Source of the DNA: an uncultured Thermoproteaceae archaeon
GTDB taxonomy: Archaea > Thermoproteota > Thermoprotei > Thermoproteales > Thermocladiaceae
Reading direction: 5' to 3'
DNA: 64,000 bases
NCBI GenBank assembly: GCA_964575955.1
Contig: CAZNTG010000015.1
Span: forward strand, 1 to 64,000
Shown: positions 17,567 to 27,067 of the stretch, piece by piece
How the letters are laid out: each line of letters starts with the position of its first letter
Numbering within the stretch: the stretch's first letter is position 1
Translations under genes and position numbers: made by a program
The notes under the pieces: generated by a model
Told to the model about the DNA's origin: nothing
The model's input: only the letters and a program-made list of their open reading frames with translations
The model's database searches: none

Positions 17567-19132
17567 ATTGTTTCAAATAGAGACATCATAGTACTTCCAG
17601 AGGAGTATGTAGATATTTTAAAATGTGTAGAATCAGGTACAACATCTGTAGATGAGATATCTAAGAAGATTGGTAGAGATGTTAGTTCACTAATGAGAAT
17701 ATTGGCAGAACTTGAATATAGAGGTCTTATTAGAACTTTAAGAACACCTGTAAAATATGTAGAATTAACTGATGAAGGATTAAACTATGCAGAGGTTGGA
17801 TTACCTGAATATAGACTATTAACACATCTAAAAGATAAGTTTAAGAATGTAAATGAGCTAAGTCTTGAAGAATTATTGAATAGTTGTAGAGAGATTTTTA
17901 GTGAAAAAATGTGTAGTATAGTGATTAGTAATTTAGTGAGAAGTGGATTGTGTAGAATAGTTGAGAAGAAGTTAATATTTAGAGAAGGTATTGATAATGC
18001 TTTAAAAGTTGTTGAAGAAAAGCAGAAAATTCTTGAAGAATTAAAGAGATTAAGTACTGTTGAAATTTCAATACTTCCACAAGATATTGTACAAGAGTTT
18101 CAAAAGAGAAAGCTTGTGAGAATTCGTGAGAAAGTTAAGATAAGTATAGAATTGACTGAACAATGTAGAAAACTTCTAAATGAAGGTAAGATAATACCTG
18201 CTAAGGTTGTAACATCATTAACGTCAGAGATGTTGAGAAGTGGTGAGTGGAGTAGAGTTATATTGAAAGAATTCGATCTATCAATTCCTGTTCCTGAGAG
18301 AGAATGTGCATTTCCACACTTCATGAGAGAATTCTTAAACATTGTTAGAGACATATTCATAGAGCTTGGCTTTGAAGAAGTTCATGGGCCTATATGTGAG
18401 ATTGAGTTTTGGAATTTTGATGCACTATTTCAAGCACAGGATCATCCTGCTAGAGAAGTTCATGATACATTCTTCATAAAGTATCCTCAATATGGTGAGA
18501 AACCTCCTGATGAGTATATAGAGAAGGTGAGTAGTGTACATAGAGATGGGTGGATTACAGGTAGTAGAGGTTGGAGATATGAGTGGAAGATTGATAGAGC
18601 ATTAAGATTGATATTGAGAACTCAGACAACAGCTGTAACAATTAGAACACTATATGAGAGAGGTGAAGGTGAGTATAGAGTATTCACAATAGGGAAGGTG
18701 TTTAGACCTGAAACATTAGATCCAAAACATGCAATGGAATTCTATCAAGCTGATGGTATTGTTGTTGGTAGAGATGTCAAATTTAAACATCTATTAGGAA
18801 TATTGGAAACATTCGTCAAAAAGTTAGGTCTTGAGAAAGTCATGTTTAAACCAGCATACTTCCCATTTACATGTCCATCAGCTGAAGGATATGTATGGCA
18901 TGAGAAGCTTGGATGGGTTGAATTTGTTGGATGTGGAGTATTTAGACCTGAAGTTGTGATACCTGCAGGTTTGAAAAATTGTAAAGTACTTGCATTTGGC
19001 ATGGGTCTTGATAGACTAGCAATGACTCTACTCGAGATTGACGATATTAGAGATATTCATTCTAAAGATATTGAAAAATTGAAGGATTGCTACATGAAGT
19101 ATATACGTAGAATATGGATGTTGAAGACATGA
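17567..19132 (+). CDS. pheS: Phenylalanyl-tRNA synthetase alpha subunit (probable ATT start at 17567; first ATG 17693)
   Basis: FWNFDALFQAQDHPARE, LRTQTT, GKVFRPE, YFPFT, FGMGLDRL; frame open 42 codons upstream of the ATG and encodes the N-terminal wHTH. Confidence 0.93.
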   Translation: MVSNRDIIVLPEEYVDILKCVESGTTSVDEISKKIGRDVSSLMRILAELEYRGLIRTLRTPVKYVELTDEGLNYAEVGLPEYRLLTHLKDKFKNVNELSLEELLNSCREIFSEKMCSIVISNLVRSGLCRIVEKKLIFREGIDNALKVVEEKQKILEELKRLSTVEISILPQDIVQEFQKRKLVRIREKVKISIELTEQCRKLLNEGKIIPAKVVTSLTSEMLRSGEWSRVILKEFDLSIPVPERECAFPHFMREFLNIVRDIFIELGFEEVHGPICEIEFWNFDALFQAQDHPAREVHDTFFIKYPQYGEKPPDEYIEKVSSVHRDGWITGSRGWRYEWKIDRALRLILRTQTTAVTIRTLYERGEGEYRVFTIGKVFRPETLDPKHAMEFYQADGIVVGRDVKFKHLLGILETFVKKLGLEKVMFKPAYFPFTCPSAEGYVWHEKLGWVEFVGCGVFRPEVVIPAGLKNCKVLAFGMGLDRLAMTLLEIDDIRDIHSKDIEKLKDCYMKYIRRIWMLKT

Positions 19133-19182
19133 AGTAACATTTAACTATCTATAGACGCTCAATATAGTGGGAGATCAATATT

Positions 19183-20106
19183 GTGTCAATAGACTCAGAC
19201 GGATCAGGACTCAGAGTATATAAAAATGTTAAAGAGCTAATTAGAGGTCTATGGCCAACACCTCTAGTAAGACTTGAATCTTTTGGAGATGTATGGGCTA
19301 AATTAGAATTTTTCAATCCTCTAAGTAGAAGTATTAAAGATAGAGTAGCATACTACATAGTTGAGAGATATAAAGTAAAATGTAGAAAGATACTAGATGC
19401 AACATCAGGAAATTATGGAATCGCTCTTGCACTACTATCTAAAATATATGGTCTAGACCTAACATTACTGCTACCGAAGAGAGTTGAGAAATATGTCAAG
19501 ACTATATTGAGAGTAATTGATGTAAATTACATAGAGACTAACATAGAGTTAAATAATGAAGATATGATAAGAAAATGTGAAGAAGTATCTCAAATGTTAG
19601 AAGCATGTTTTATAAATCAATTTGAAAATCCTTCAAATCCTGAAGCACACTACCTATATACAGGTAGAGAAATTGTAAATCAATTTAAATCTATATCTAA
19701 AAAACCTGACATACTTATAGCAGCTGTTGGAACTAGTGGTCATATATGTGGTATTAGTAGAGCTCTAAAAGAGAATTTTGAAGATGTTAAAGTTGTTGGT
19801 GTTGTCTGTAGAGCTGATAGTCATATACCAGGTATGAAACCTATAAATGCTGGTATTAGATGGTTAGACTCTGTAGATTATATTGTCGAAGTATCTCTAG
19901 AAGATGCTGTACGTGGTGTTATTGAGGTAGCACGTAGAGAAGGACTATTGATAGGGCTTAGTAGTGGTGCTGTTGTTACTGTCTTAGAGAGATTTGCTAT
20001 GGAGAAGTTTGGTAGAGATAAGACATATCTACTGATATTTCCTGACGATATATTTAAGTACATTGATACTCTAGATAGAGTATTAAGCATGTTAAAAGTA
20101 TCTTAA
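19183..20106 (+). CDS. PLP-dependent cysteine synthase family protein
   Basis: PTPLVRL, KLEFFNPLSRSIKDR, TSGNYG, NQFEN, VGTSGH, GLSSGA. Confidence 0.88.
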   Translation: MSIDSDGSGLRVYKNVKELIRGLWPTPLVRLESFGDVWAKLEFFNPLSRSIKDRVAYYIVERYKVKCRKILDATSGNYGIALALLSKIYGLDLTLLLPKRVEKYVKTILRVIDVNYIETNIELNNEDMIRKCEEVSQMLEACFINQFENPSNPEAHYLYTGREIVNQFKSISKKPDILIAAVGTSGHICGISRALKENFEDVKVVGVVCRADSHIPGMKPINAGIRWLDSVDYIVEVSLEDAVRGVIEVARREGLLIGLSSGAVVTVLERFAMEKFGRDKTYLLIFPDDIFKYIDTLDRVLSMLKVS

Positions 20107-20192
20107 CTAAATAACACCGAAAGTTTCACCCCTCTCTATAAGTAATATTTTGCGATAGTTTAAAAAGGAAGTATACTGAATGTATACATAGA

Positions 20193-20432
20193 ATGTTTAG
20201 AGTATATGTTAATCACATTAAAGGAAGAGTATTAATAAGTGGTAGAGATGAAGATAGAGAACTAATTAGACAAGGTTGGAAAGTTGTGTACAGAACAACA
20301 TCATGGAGAAAAGCTTACGAATATGCTAGAAAATTAGCAAACAAGTACGACTACATACTTGAGTGGTATCTTGAAGAGATGTTAACATTCACAACTGAGA
20401 AAATATCAACAAAACTCCTTAGTCTTAACTAA
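20193..20432 (+). CDS. Small hypothetical protein
   Basis: 79-aa ORF with ATG after an AT-rich promoter-like region. Confidence 0.65.
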   Translation: MFRVYVNHIKGRVLISGRDEDRELIRQGWKVVYRTTSWRKAYEYARKLANKYDYILEWYLEEMLTFTTEKISTKLLSLN

Positions 20433-21335
20433 TCCCGTTAATGTAGGAATAACTATTGCTCTACCATCAGGTAGATATTTAATATCTATAAATCCAGATC
20501 TCCATAACTTGAGTATAGACTTATCAACGACAGACTTATCAACACCGTACTGATGTGATATACTCTCTCTTAAAGCTTGTAGAGACATAAATCCAAGTTC
20601 TGATAATGTTGATAATATCTCTAAATCAATCCTCTCAAGTCTTTGAGATGATAGTGAAAATGCAATATTACCAATATTGGAGATATGTGTAGATAATTTA
20701 CATCTAACAATACTATCATCTCTAATCTTAAATACACCACACTCCTTAGGTATTGATGGAATATTTTGAATATATAGTTCATCAAATATATTTAAAAATC
20801 TTGGAGGTCTACAGGTAAATATGTAGGTACTATACTTCCTGAATATTAGAACGATATCTAAAATTTGATCAACATCATGTACATAGCATAGTACAGGTTT
20901 TTCACTCTTTAATATATTCCTAATATAGTATAGTATTAAGATTGATAAGAATGTTGCAATATTGTCAAATGGTGGAATTATTATACAATTAGCTTCATTT
21001 GATTTATCAGAATCTTGACAAATACCTTTTAAAATATCTATGAGATAGTTAAGTTTAACATCTCTAAAGCTGTAGTTTAGTAGATTATCAATAATTTCAC
21101 ATAAATTTCTAGATCTAGATATTACATCTCTAAGTATTCCATATTCTTCATTTGTAATGTTGAATAGTTTTAATATTAAACTCATGATAAATGTCTTAAA
21201 CTTACTATCTGAGGTATCTATACTCTTATAAATGTTGTAAGTTCCTTCAAATGGTGTTATTAATATTCCTCCACATTTCTTAACTTTACTATACACTACA
21301 TCAAATGCTCTTAATCCAACTACAATACTTATCAT
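20406..21335 (-). CDS. Hypothetical protein with C-terminal winged HTH
   Basis: DLEILSTLSELG...VDKSILKLWRSGFIDI...PTLTG is wHTH-like. Confidence 0.55.
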   Translation of the reverse strand: MISIVVGLRAFDVVYSKVKKCGGILITPFEGTYNIYKSIDTSDSKFKTFIMSLILKLFNITNEEYGILRDVISRSRNLCEIIDNLLNYSFRDVKLNYLIDILKGICQDSDKSNEANCIIIPPFDNIATFLSILILYYIRNILKSEKPVLCYVHDVDQILDIVLIFRKYSTYIFTCRPPRFLNIFDELYIQNIPSIPKECGVFKIRDDSIVRCKLSTHISNIGNIAFSLSSQRLERIDLEILSTLSELGFMSLQALRESISHQYGVDKSVVDKSILKLWRSGFIDIKYLPDGRAIVIPTLTGLVKTKEFC

Positions 21336-21382
21336 GTAATTTTCTACTCTACTTCTAGACTATTAGAGCTTATGTTTAAAGA

Positions 21383-22036
21383 TTGAGTATGTTAATATAT
21401 GGCATGATAATTCACGATATACTGAACAAGATAGTTAGATACTACATATCTAAATACTTTAGCTGGCTCTTTGAAGGACCTAGAGAGAATAGCTATGCTG
21501 TATATGAGGTGTTAGAGTGTAAAGCTAAGGTTGAGTTTACAAGATCACTACCATATACCATAGTTAGCACATTTATGTCTCCATCATCAATAATAGGATT
21601 GCTTGTTCATGAAGGATTTGGATCTATATTCTCAGATGTGTGTTCTACATATTGTAAAGTATATTCTAAAGAAGTTGAAGTTGATGGTGTTAAATATGTT
21701 ATAAATGGGTGGCCAGACTACTACGACGGTTATAGGGTGATAGAGTTGAAATATACTTCTCATCCTGTGAAAGAACCTGAAAATAGACATATACAACAGG
21801 TAAGAATGTATCTATGGCTTACAGAAGCTAGAAAAGGGTATCTACTATACATAACTCCTAGGAAGGTATATGAATTTGAAATTGATAATCCAATGACAAA
21901 TGAGGAAGTTGTTGAATTAATAAAGAATTGGACATCACCAAGAGATCCTTCAGAATGTACACAATGCATATTTAGATCAGTATGTCCTTACAGTGTTGAG
22001 AGAGTTGAAAGACAGTCAAAAGAGCAGAGAGAATAG
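21383..22036 (+). CDS. cas4: Solo Cas4-family PD-(D/E)XK nuclease
   Basis: N-term Cys (VLECK), GLLVH, GWPD, IELK, QVRMY, C-term ECTQCIFRSVC. Confidence 0.85.
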   Translation: MSMLIYGMIIHDILNKIVRYYISKYFSWLFEGPRENSYAVYEVLECKAKVEFTRSLPYTIVSTFMSPSSIIGLLVHEGFGSIFSDVCSTYCKVYSKEVEVDGVKYVINGWPDYYDGYRVIELKYTSHPVKEPENRHIQQVRMYLWLTEARKGYLLYITPRKVYEFEIDNPMTNEEVVELIKNWTSPRDPSECTQCIFRSVCPYSVERVERQSKEQRE

Positions 22037-22037
22037 T

Positions 22038-22772
22038 TTATTCAAAATTTTGATAATCAGATACAACACTCTCAACCTCTCTCAAAATGAGATCTCTATA
22101 AATACTATACTTAAAAGCTTCTCCATGACCGGGAAGTATTAATGTACTATTATCAAGAATATTATCAATCTTCATAATACTTTCAAACATCTTTCTAGGA
22201 TTAGAATGTGGTAAATCAACTCTACCAATACCACCTTCAAGTATTGTATCACCAGTAATTGCTAGGTCTACATCTTCAAAATATAGTACTGAACTACCCA
22301 TAGTATGTCCAGGAGTGTGTATTAACAATATGTTTAGATTATCGATACATATTCTATACCCATCTTCAAGTAATATGTCAGGTCTATGTTTTCTATGTCC
22401 AAATATGTCAGGATCGTAGTCATATAATCCTAAAGTCATCTTAATTAATTCATGTTCTGTATAGTCATCAAGTAGGTATGCATCAGCTCTATGTATCATA
22501 ATTCTACAATTTATAAACTCTTTAAAATCAACATTAGCACAAGTATGATCAAGATGTCCATGAGTGTTAAATATATCAACTCTATTAACATCATTTAAAA
22601 ACTTATGAATTATCTCAGCTATGATGTGTTTATTAGAGATGTTAAATCCTGGATCGACTATAAGTGCATATTCTCCACATTTAACTACGTATGTATTTGT
22701 TCTATAGTGGTTAGATATTACTCTAAATATCTTTAACTTATCACTATCTAACAATATTTCCATTAATCTCAC
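22038..22772 (-). CDS. MBL-fold metallo-hydrolase
   Basis: THGHLDH, TPGHT, TGD, PGHG. Confidence 0.93.
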   Translation of the reverse strand: MRLMEILLDSDKLKIFRVISNHYRTNTYVVKCGEYALIVDPGFNISNKHIIAEIIHKFLNDVNRVDIFNTHGHLDHTCANVDFKEFINCRIMIHRADAYLLDDYTEHELIKMTLGLYDYDPDIFGHRKHRPDILLEDGYRICIDNLNILLIHTPGHTMGSSVLYFEDVDLAITGDTILEGGIGRVDLPHSNPRKMFESIMKIDNILDNSTLILPGHGEAFKYSIYRDLILREVESVVSDYQNFE

Positions 22773-23815
22773 TCTTCAATTATTATCTCTTCACTTATTG
22801 GTATAATTTTGTCATTAAATATCACAACTCTAATATGAGAACCTTCAGGAATATCTAGATATCCTAGATCTATTACTCTATCTTTAAACTCAGCTATTGT
22901 TTTATCACCTCTCTTACGTATCTTCGCAGTATGTATTTCAACTTTTAATTTTCTTATATCTCTCTTAATTATGTCGTTTATATTCATTCTAACGTTTTGT
23001 TGTGTATCTAGGTCTTTCATATATACACTATTTCTAGATACTGCAAGTATGTAGTATGCACCTCTACCATCTATAGATATTACATCACCTCTCTTTATAT
23101 TTAAAATATGTATACTTATTGTTAGTCTTGTAATTGGTCTACCACTTCTATCCATTCCAACAAGCTTATGAGACTCTATCATCCTACTTGGAAATGTTCT
23201 ATGAATTGCAGATGCTATAGCTCTAGCTATTGTATTATTTGTAAGTTTAATATCAAATCCGTAATCTCTCTCTTCAATATCTATAACAGCACCTCTTTGA
23301 ACTTCTTCACTTTTAGCAAGTACCTGATTTATTATATGCCTAATAAGCATTAGATCATCTTTAGTATAGTTCTCACCAACATATCTAACCTGTATAAGTG
23401 CCTTCTCTTTACCAATAATTATACTTCTACATGTTGGACATACATCTGGTACAAGCTTAATGTATACCTTGTACTCTTCACAATACTCTTCACTAATCTT
23501 ATCACTAGCCTTACCACATACTACAATTGGAACTTCCTGTTCACCTTCCTGTAATTCGAAATCACCAATATCTACTCTAGATATTATACCTCTAGTTTTT
23601 AATAATTCTAAAATATGTTTCTTAATAACATCTATCCTTCTAGTCCATCTACCTCTATAAAGTACTGAACCACAGTTTACACATACCTTAAATGTTAACC
23701 TATCAATACTTGGAAGATTTTTAACTAGAGGATTATTTTTCCTGAAACAATTTTCACAAAGACCATCAATAAGCCTATCCGTCTCTCTACCACATATAGG
23801 ACATATACGTCTCAT
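22769..23815 (-). CDS. nmd3: NMD3-family ribosome biogenesis protein
   Basis: CPICG...LCENC, CVNCG, CPTC...IQVR. Confidence 0.9.
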   Translation of the reverse strand: MRRICPICGRETDRLIDGLCENCFRKNNPLVKNLPSIDRLTFKVCVNCGSVLYRGRWTRRIDVIKKHILELLKTRGIISRVDIGDFELQEGEQEVPIVVCGKASDKISEEYCEEYKVYIKLVPDVCPTCRSIIIGKEKALIQVRYVGENYTKDDLMLIRHIINQVLAKSEEVQRGAVIDIEERDYGFDIKLTNNTIARAIASAIHRTFPSRMIESHKLVGMDRSGRPITRLTISIHILNIKRGDVISIDGRGAYYILAVSRNSVYMKDLDTQQNVRMNINDIIKRDIRKLKVEIHTAKIRKRGDKTIAEFKDRVIDLGYLDIPEGSHIRVVIFNDKIIPISEEIIIEE

Positions 23816-23858
23816 ATCTTCAAGAGTATACTCTCAACATAATAAAATTTTATAAAGA

Positions 23859-23925
23859 TGTAAGATCCCCGCGGCTCGTCAGGTAGCCTCACAGGAAGCC
23901 GCCTCGGCTTCCTCAGCTACCATCT
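23859..23925 (-). ncRNA. K-turn stem-loop RNA, H/ACA-like pseudouridylation guide candidate
   Basis: Minus strand GGTAGC-TGA-GGAAGCCG-agg-CGGCTTCC-TGTGA-G-GCTACC (K-turn hairpin), then a GC-rich single strand and ACA; TTTATAAA about 20-25 nt upstream. Confidence 0.6.
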
Positions 23926-23974
23926 CTAGATTATGGAAGTGTATTTATAAACCTTCTATCAAGATATTTAAATA

Positions 23975-24027
23975 CCCCAGCACAGCTGACATGTGAAGAG
24001 GGGCCTCTCGGCCTGACTTGGTGATGG
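23975..24027 (+). ncRNA. Atypical or partial box C/D unit
   Basis: CCCCAGCACAG-CTGA-cat-GTGAAGA-GGGGCCTCTCGGC-CTGA-cttg-GTGATGG; boxes present but in non-standard order. Confidence 0.45.
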
Positions 24028-24037
24028 TCTTAGAAAA

Positions 24038-24087
24038 ATGATGATCTGGACCTTCAATGATTTGGTGATTAGGCTGAGCTAGGCTGA
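24038..24087 (+). ncRNA. Box C/D guide sRNA (D guide probably targets tRNA D-arm)
   Basis: C ATGATGA - TCTGGACCTTCA - D' ATGA - C' GTGATTA - GGCTGAGCTAGG - D CTGA; guide complements UAGCUCAGCC, a common tRNA 5' motif. Confidence 0.8.
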
Positions 24088-24118
24088 TAAAAAGAAAAAG
24101 ATCTTAACCTATATTTTA

Positions 24119-25936
24119 TTGAGAGATGTGTTAAAGTTTAGTAAGCAAATTAGAGATCCAGTACTTGGATGGATATGGTTGACAGACGAGGAGACTAGGC
24201 TTATAGATTCCTGTCCCTACATACAGAGATTGAGATATGTACATCAGCTAGGTCTTGCACATCTAGTATATCCAACAGCTAGACATACAAGATTTGAACA
24301 TAGTCTAGGTGTAATGCATATTTCTACAAAAATGTTTCAAACACTTGTAGATAGAGAAAAGAGTTCAAAAATACTTCAAGATCTTATAGATAAACTAGGT
24401 ATTAAAGATCAAAAAATGTCAACACTACTACAACACTTAAGGATAGCAGCATTACTACACGATATAGGTCATTACCCATTTTCACACAGTCTAGATAACT
24501 TCTTATCATCAATACTTTCAGAGATATTGAAGATACCAGAATTTAGAGACATACTAGATGTAGAGGATAGAGATGTAAAATATATAGAAAATATATCATC
24601 ATCACTATACATAGCTAAAGAACATGAATGTATAACATATACACTACTATCAAAGAATTTGGAATTATTAAAAGTAGTGGAAGAATCCATACCAAATATC
24701 GATATTAGACTAGTTAAAGATATACTATTCACAGACATATTTAATCAAATTATAGAACTTAACATAAATATAGAATATATGAAAGATGATATTGATAGAG
24801 TTAAAAAATATGATAAAGATATTTTAAAAGGCTTAAAACTGCTTCACAATATAATATCAAGTAGTTTAGACTCAGACAGGATAGACTACATGTTAAGAGA
24901 TCTATACTTCACAGGTGCTAGTGTAAGTACAAACATAACTCTAGGAGACGTTGAAAGAATATTAACAAATATGGATGTCATTGAAGATGATGAAGGAGTA
25001 TTAATAACATATAATGAAAAAGCTAGAGCATCATTAGAAGGGTTTGTAATAGCTAGATACAACTTATATAAATGGGTATATCTTCATCATAAAGTTACAC
25101 TAATGTCAACACTCATGAGACTACTATACATGTTAATATTGACAAATATTGATAAAATTGTAAATATTGAAATGGTTATAAGACATGTTAAAGATATTAT
25201 AGAATTCTTAACAGGATGTATAGATAGTGTAAGTATTATGAGATTAACAGACTACTACGTATATACAATGTTATCAAGACATTATAAAGAACTTATAGAA
25301 GTTTTAGGAAATGCTGGTAAATATATAATAGAAAGTCTACTTATAAGAAAGAATTACTTTAAACCAATATGGAAGAGAGATGTAGAGTTTGAACATATAT
25401 TAAAAATTGCAACAGGTGAAGATGCTAATCAATTCAATGCTAGAATTGGAGCATTAATATATGAAGTTAGTAAGAATCCAAAAATATTTAATGAACTATT
25501 ATCAATATTCTATAGAAGATTAATACATGAATTGAAGATAGCTTCAGAAATATACAATATTGATAATCACACCAGAGAGTGTATTGAAAAACTATGCTCA
25601 AACTTAGAGAAGGATCCCATAGTTAATGTTGTTATAGGATATGTATACTTTGAACCTGATGTAAATATATACATATCGTCTATAGATAGGAGTAAGGTTG
25701 ATCTAAAAGATATATCACCACTAACAGTGTCAGTAAAAGAGGCTTGGGATAGATCACCAAAGATATTCATATATATAAATAGTAGTGAAATATCTAACAT
25801 ATGTACTAAAGATAATATTGAAACACTTATGAAGATATTGAAGATATGTATTATAAAGGCTCTAGATTCATCAATTAAGGACTTAGTAAATATATATCCT
25901 AAATCTTCCTTGCATAAAGTCCAAATCCTTCAATAG
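24119..25936 (+). CDS. HD-domain phosphohydrolase (dNTP triphosphohydrolase/SAMHD1-like)
   Basis: IRDPV, QRLRYVHQLG, HTRFEHSLG, LLHDIGHYPFSH, LDSDRIDYMLRD, VYLHH. Confidence 0.9.
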   Translation: MRDVLKFSKQIRDPVLGWIWLTDEETRLIDSCPYIQRLRYVHQLGLAHLVYPTARHTRFEHSLGVMHISTKMFQTLVDREKSSKILQDLIDKLGIKDQKMSTLLQHLRIAALLHDIGHYPFSHSLDNFLSSILSEILKIPEFRDILDVEDRDVKYIENISSSLYIAKEHECITYTLLSKNLELLKVVEESIPNIDIRLVKDILFTDIFNQIIELNINIEYMKDDIDRVKKYDKDILKGLKLLHNIISSSLDSDRIDYMLRDLYFTGASVSTNITLGDVERILTNMDVIEDDEGVLITYNEKARASLEGFVIARYNLYKWVYLHHKVTLMSTLMRLLYMLILTNIDKIVNIEMVIRHVKDIIEFLTGCIDSVSIMRLTDYYVYTMLSRHYKELIEVLGNAGKYIIESLLIRKNYFKPIWKRDVEFEHILKIATGEDANQFNARIGALIYEVSKNPKIFNELLSIFYRRLIHELKIASEIYNIDNHTRECIEKLCSNLEKDPIVNVVIGYVYFEPDVNIYISSIDRSKVDLKDISPLTVSVKEAWDRSPKIFIYINSSEISNICTKDNIETLMKILKICIIKALDSSIKDLVNIYPKSSLHKVQILQ

Positions 25937-26810
25937 TCTTAATAATTTGAAAGCCAGCCTCTTTAAGCCTCTTTATAACTCCCTTCATAACATTCAAACC
26001 TCTATATTTAGAACCTGTAGCTCCTGTATAGTGAAATAATATTCCACCTCTCTTCAATATTCTCCTAAATTCTTTATAAAGTTCTAGACTATATAAATCA
26101 CCTGTTGTTGACATAAGTCTTGGAGGATCGTGTAGTATATAGTTAAAATATTCATCATCAATAATTTCAACAATATCTAAAATAGATGCGTTAACTATAT
26201 CAACTTTATAATTTTTCAAGAATGTTGAGTATGGATTAAGTCTAGATATTTGAAGTACTTGTGAATCAATTTCTACAGACAATATGTATGATGCTCCTCT
26301 ATCTAGTGCAGCACTAGCTGTATATCCTAGACATGCACAGGTATCTAACACTTTATCTCCCTTCTTCACATACAGAACCTTCATCTTGGCATCTTCTATA
26401 GGATCTCTCTGTAATGTATGCATTACAATTCCATTAATTATCAATGTTGGAGCCCAATTTTCATATACTTGGCATAGTTTATAGAAGTTATCTTTCCAAA
26501 ATACTGTCCTGTAGATACCATCTCTATCTATGTATATTAGAGATTTACAAGTTTCATCACTCTCTCTATCAATATAATCTTCTAAGCATTCTAAAAAGTA
26601 AGATCTTTCAATACATGTATAATTACCTATTTTAACAATATCTTTATAAATCTCTATTCTGAAGTTAAAGTATGATGTATATGTATATTCTTCACTATTT
26701 CTCAATATCATTAATAATCTTTGAGCGTCCCAAAATGTGAGTATTGGCGTATGTATTTGGTAGTTTGAAACTTTCACACACCTCACTATATAATGTAACG
26801 TAAACAACAC
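25899..26810 (-). CDS. Archaeal SAM-dependent methyltransferase (true start may be downstream)
   Basis: APTLIINGIVMH, VLDTCACLGYTA, HDPPR, LFHYTG. Confidence 0.88.
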   Translation of the reverse strand: MLFTLHYIVRCVKVSNYQIHTPILTFWDAQRLLMILRNSEEYTYTSYFNFRIEIYKDIVKIGNYTCIERSYFLECLEDYIDRESDETCKSLIYIDRDGIYRTVFWKDNFYKLCQVYENWAPTLIINGIVMHTLQRDPIEDAKMKVLYVKKGDKVLDTCACLGYTASAALDRGASYILSVEIDSQVLQISRLNPYSTFLKNYKVDIVNASILDIVEIIDDEYFNYILHDPPRLMSTTGDLYSLELYKEFRRILKRGGILFHYTGATGSKYRGLNVMKGVIKRLKEAGFQIIKTIEGFGLYARKI

Positions 26811-26842
26811 CTCTTAATATCATATAACACATGTATATGTAG

Positions 26843-27067
26843 ATGAGAGACAACTTATCAATTCTAAATGTCAGACTTGAACTAGTTAAGAAACTTTCAG
26901 ATAGAGAGCTACCTATTGAGGAATTTGAGAAAATTCTACTTGAGTTGAGCAGAGATTTTGAAGATATAGATAGATTGAAAATGAGTATTGCAGATCTCAT
27001 AAAAGTAAAGAATAGTAGAGTATCGCTAAGCAGAGAAGGATTACTACTTCTATCACTACTTAGATAG
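26843..27067 (+). CDS. Small hypothetical protein, possibly wHTH
   Basis: 74-aa ORF, ADLIKVKNSRVSLSREG. Confidence 0.5.
   Translation: MRDNLSILNVRLELVKKLSDRELPIEEFEKILLELSRDFEDIDRLKMSIADLIKVKNSRVSLSREGLLLLSLLR

Noticed and set aside
21383-22036. CRISPR-Cas locus
   Set aside because: Only cas4; no other cas genes or repeats. The HD protein at 24119 is dNTPase-like, not Cas3''
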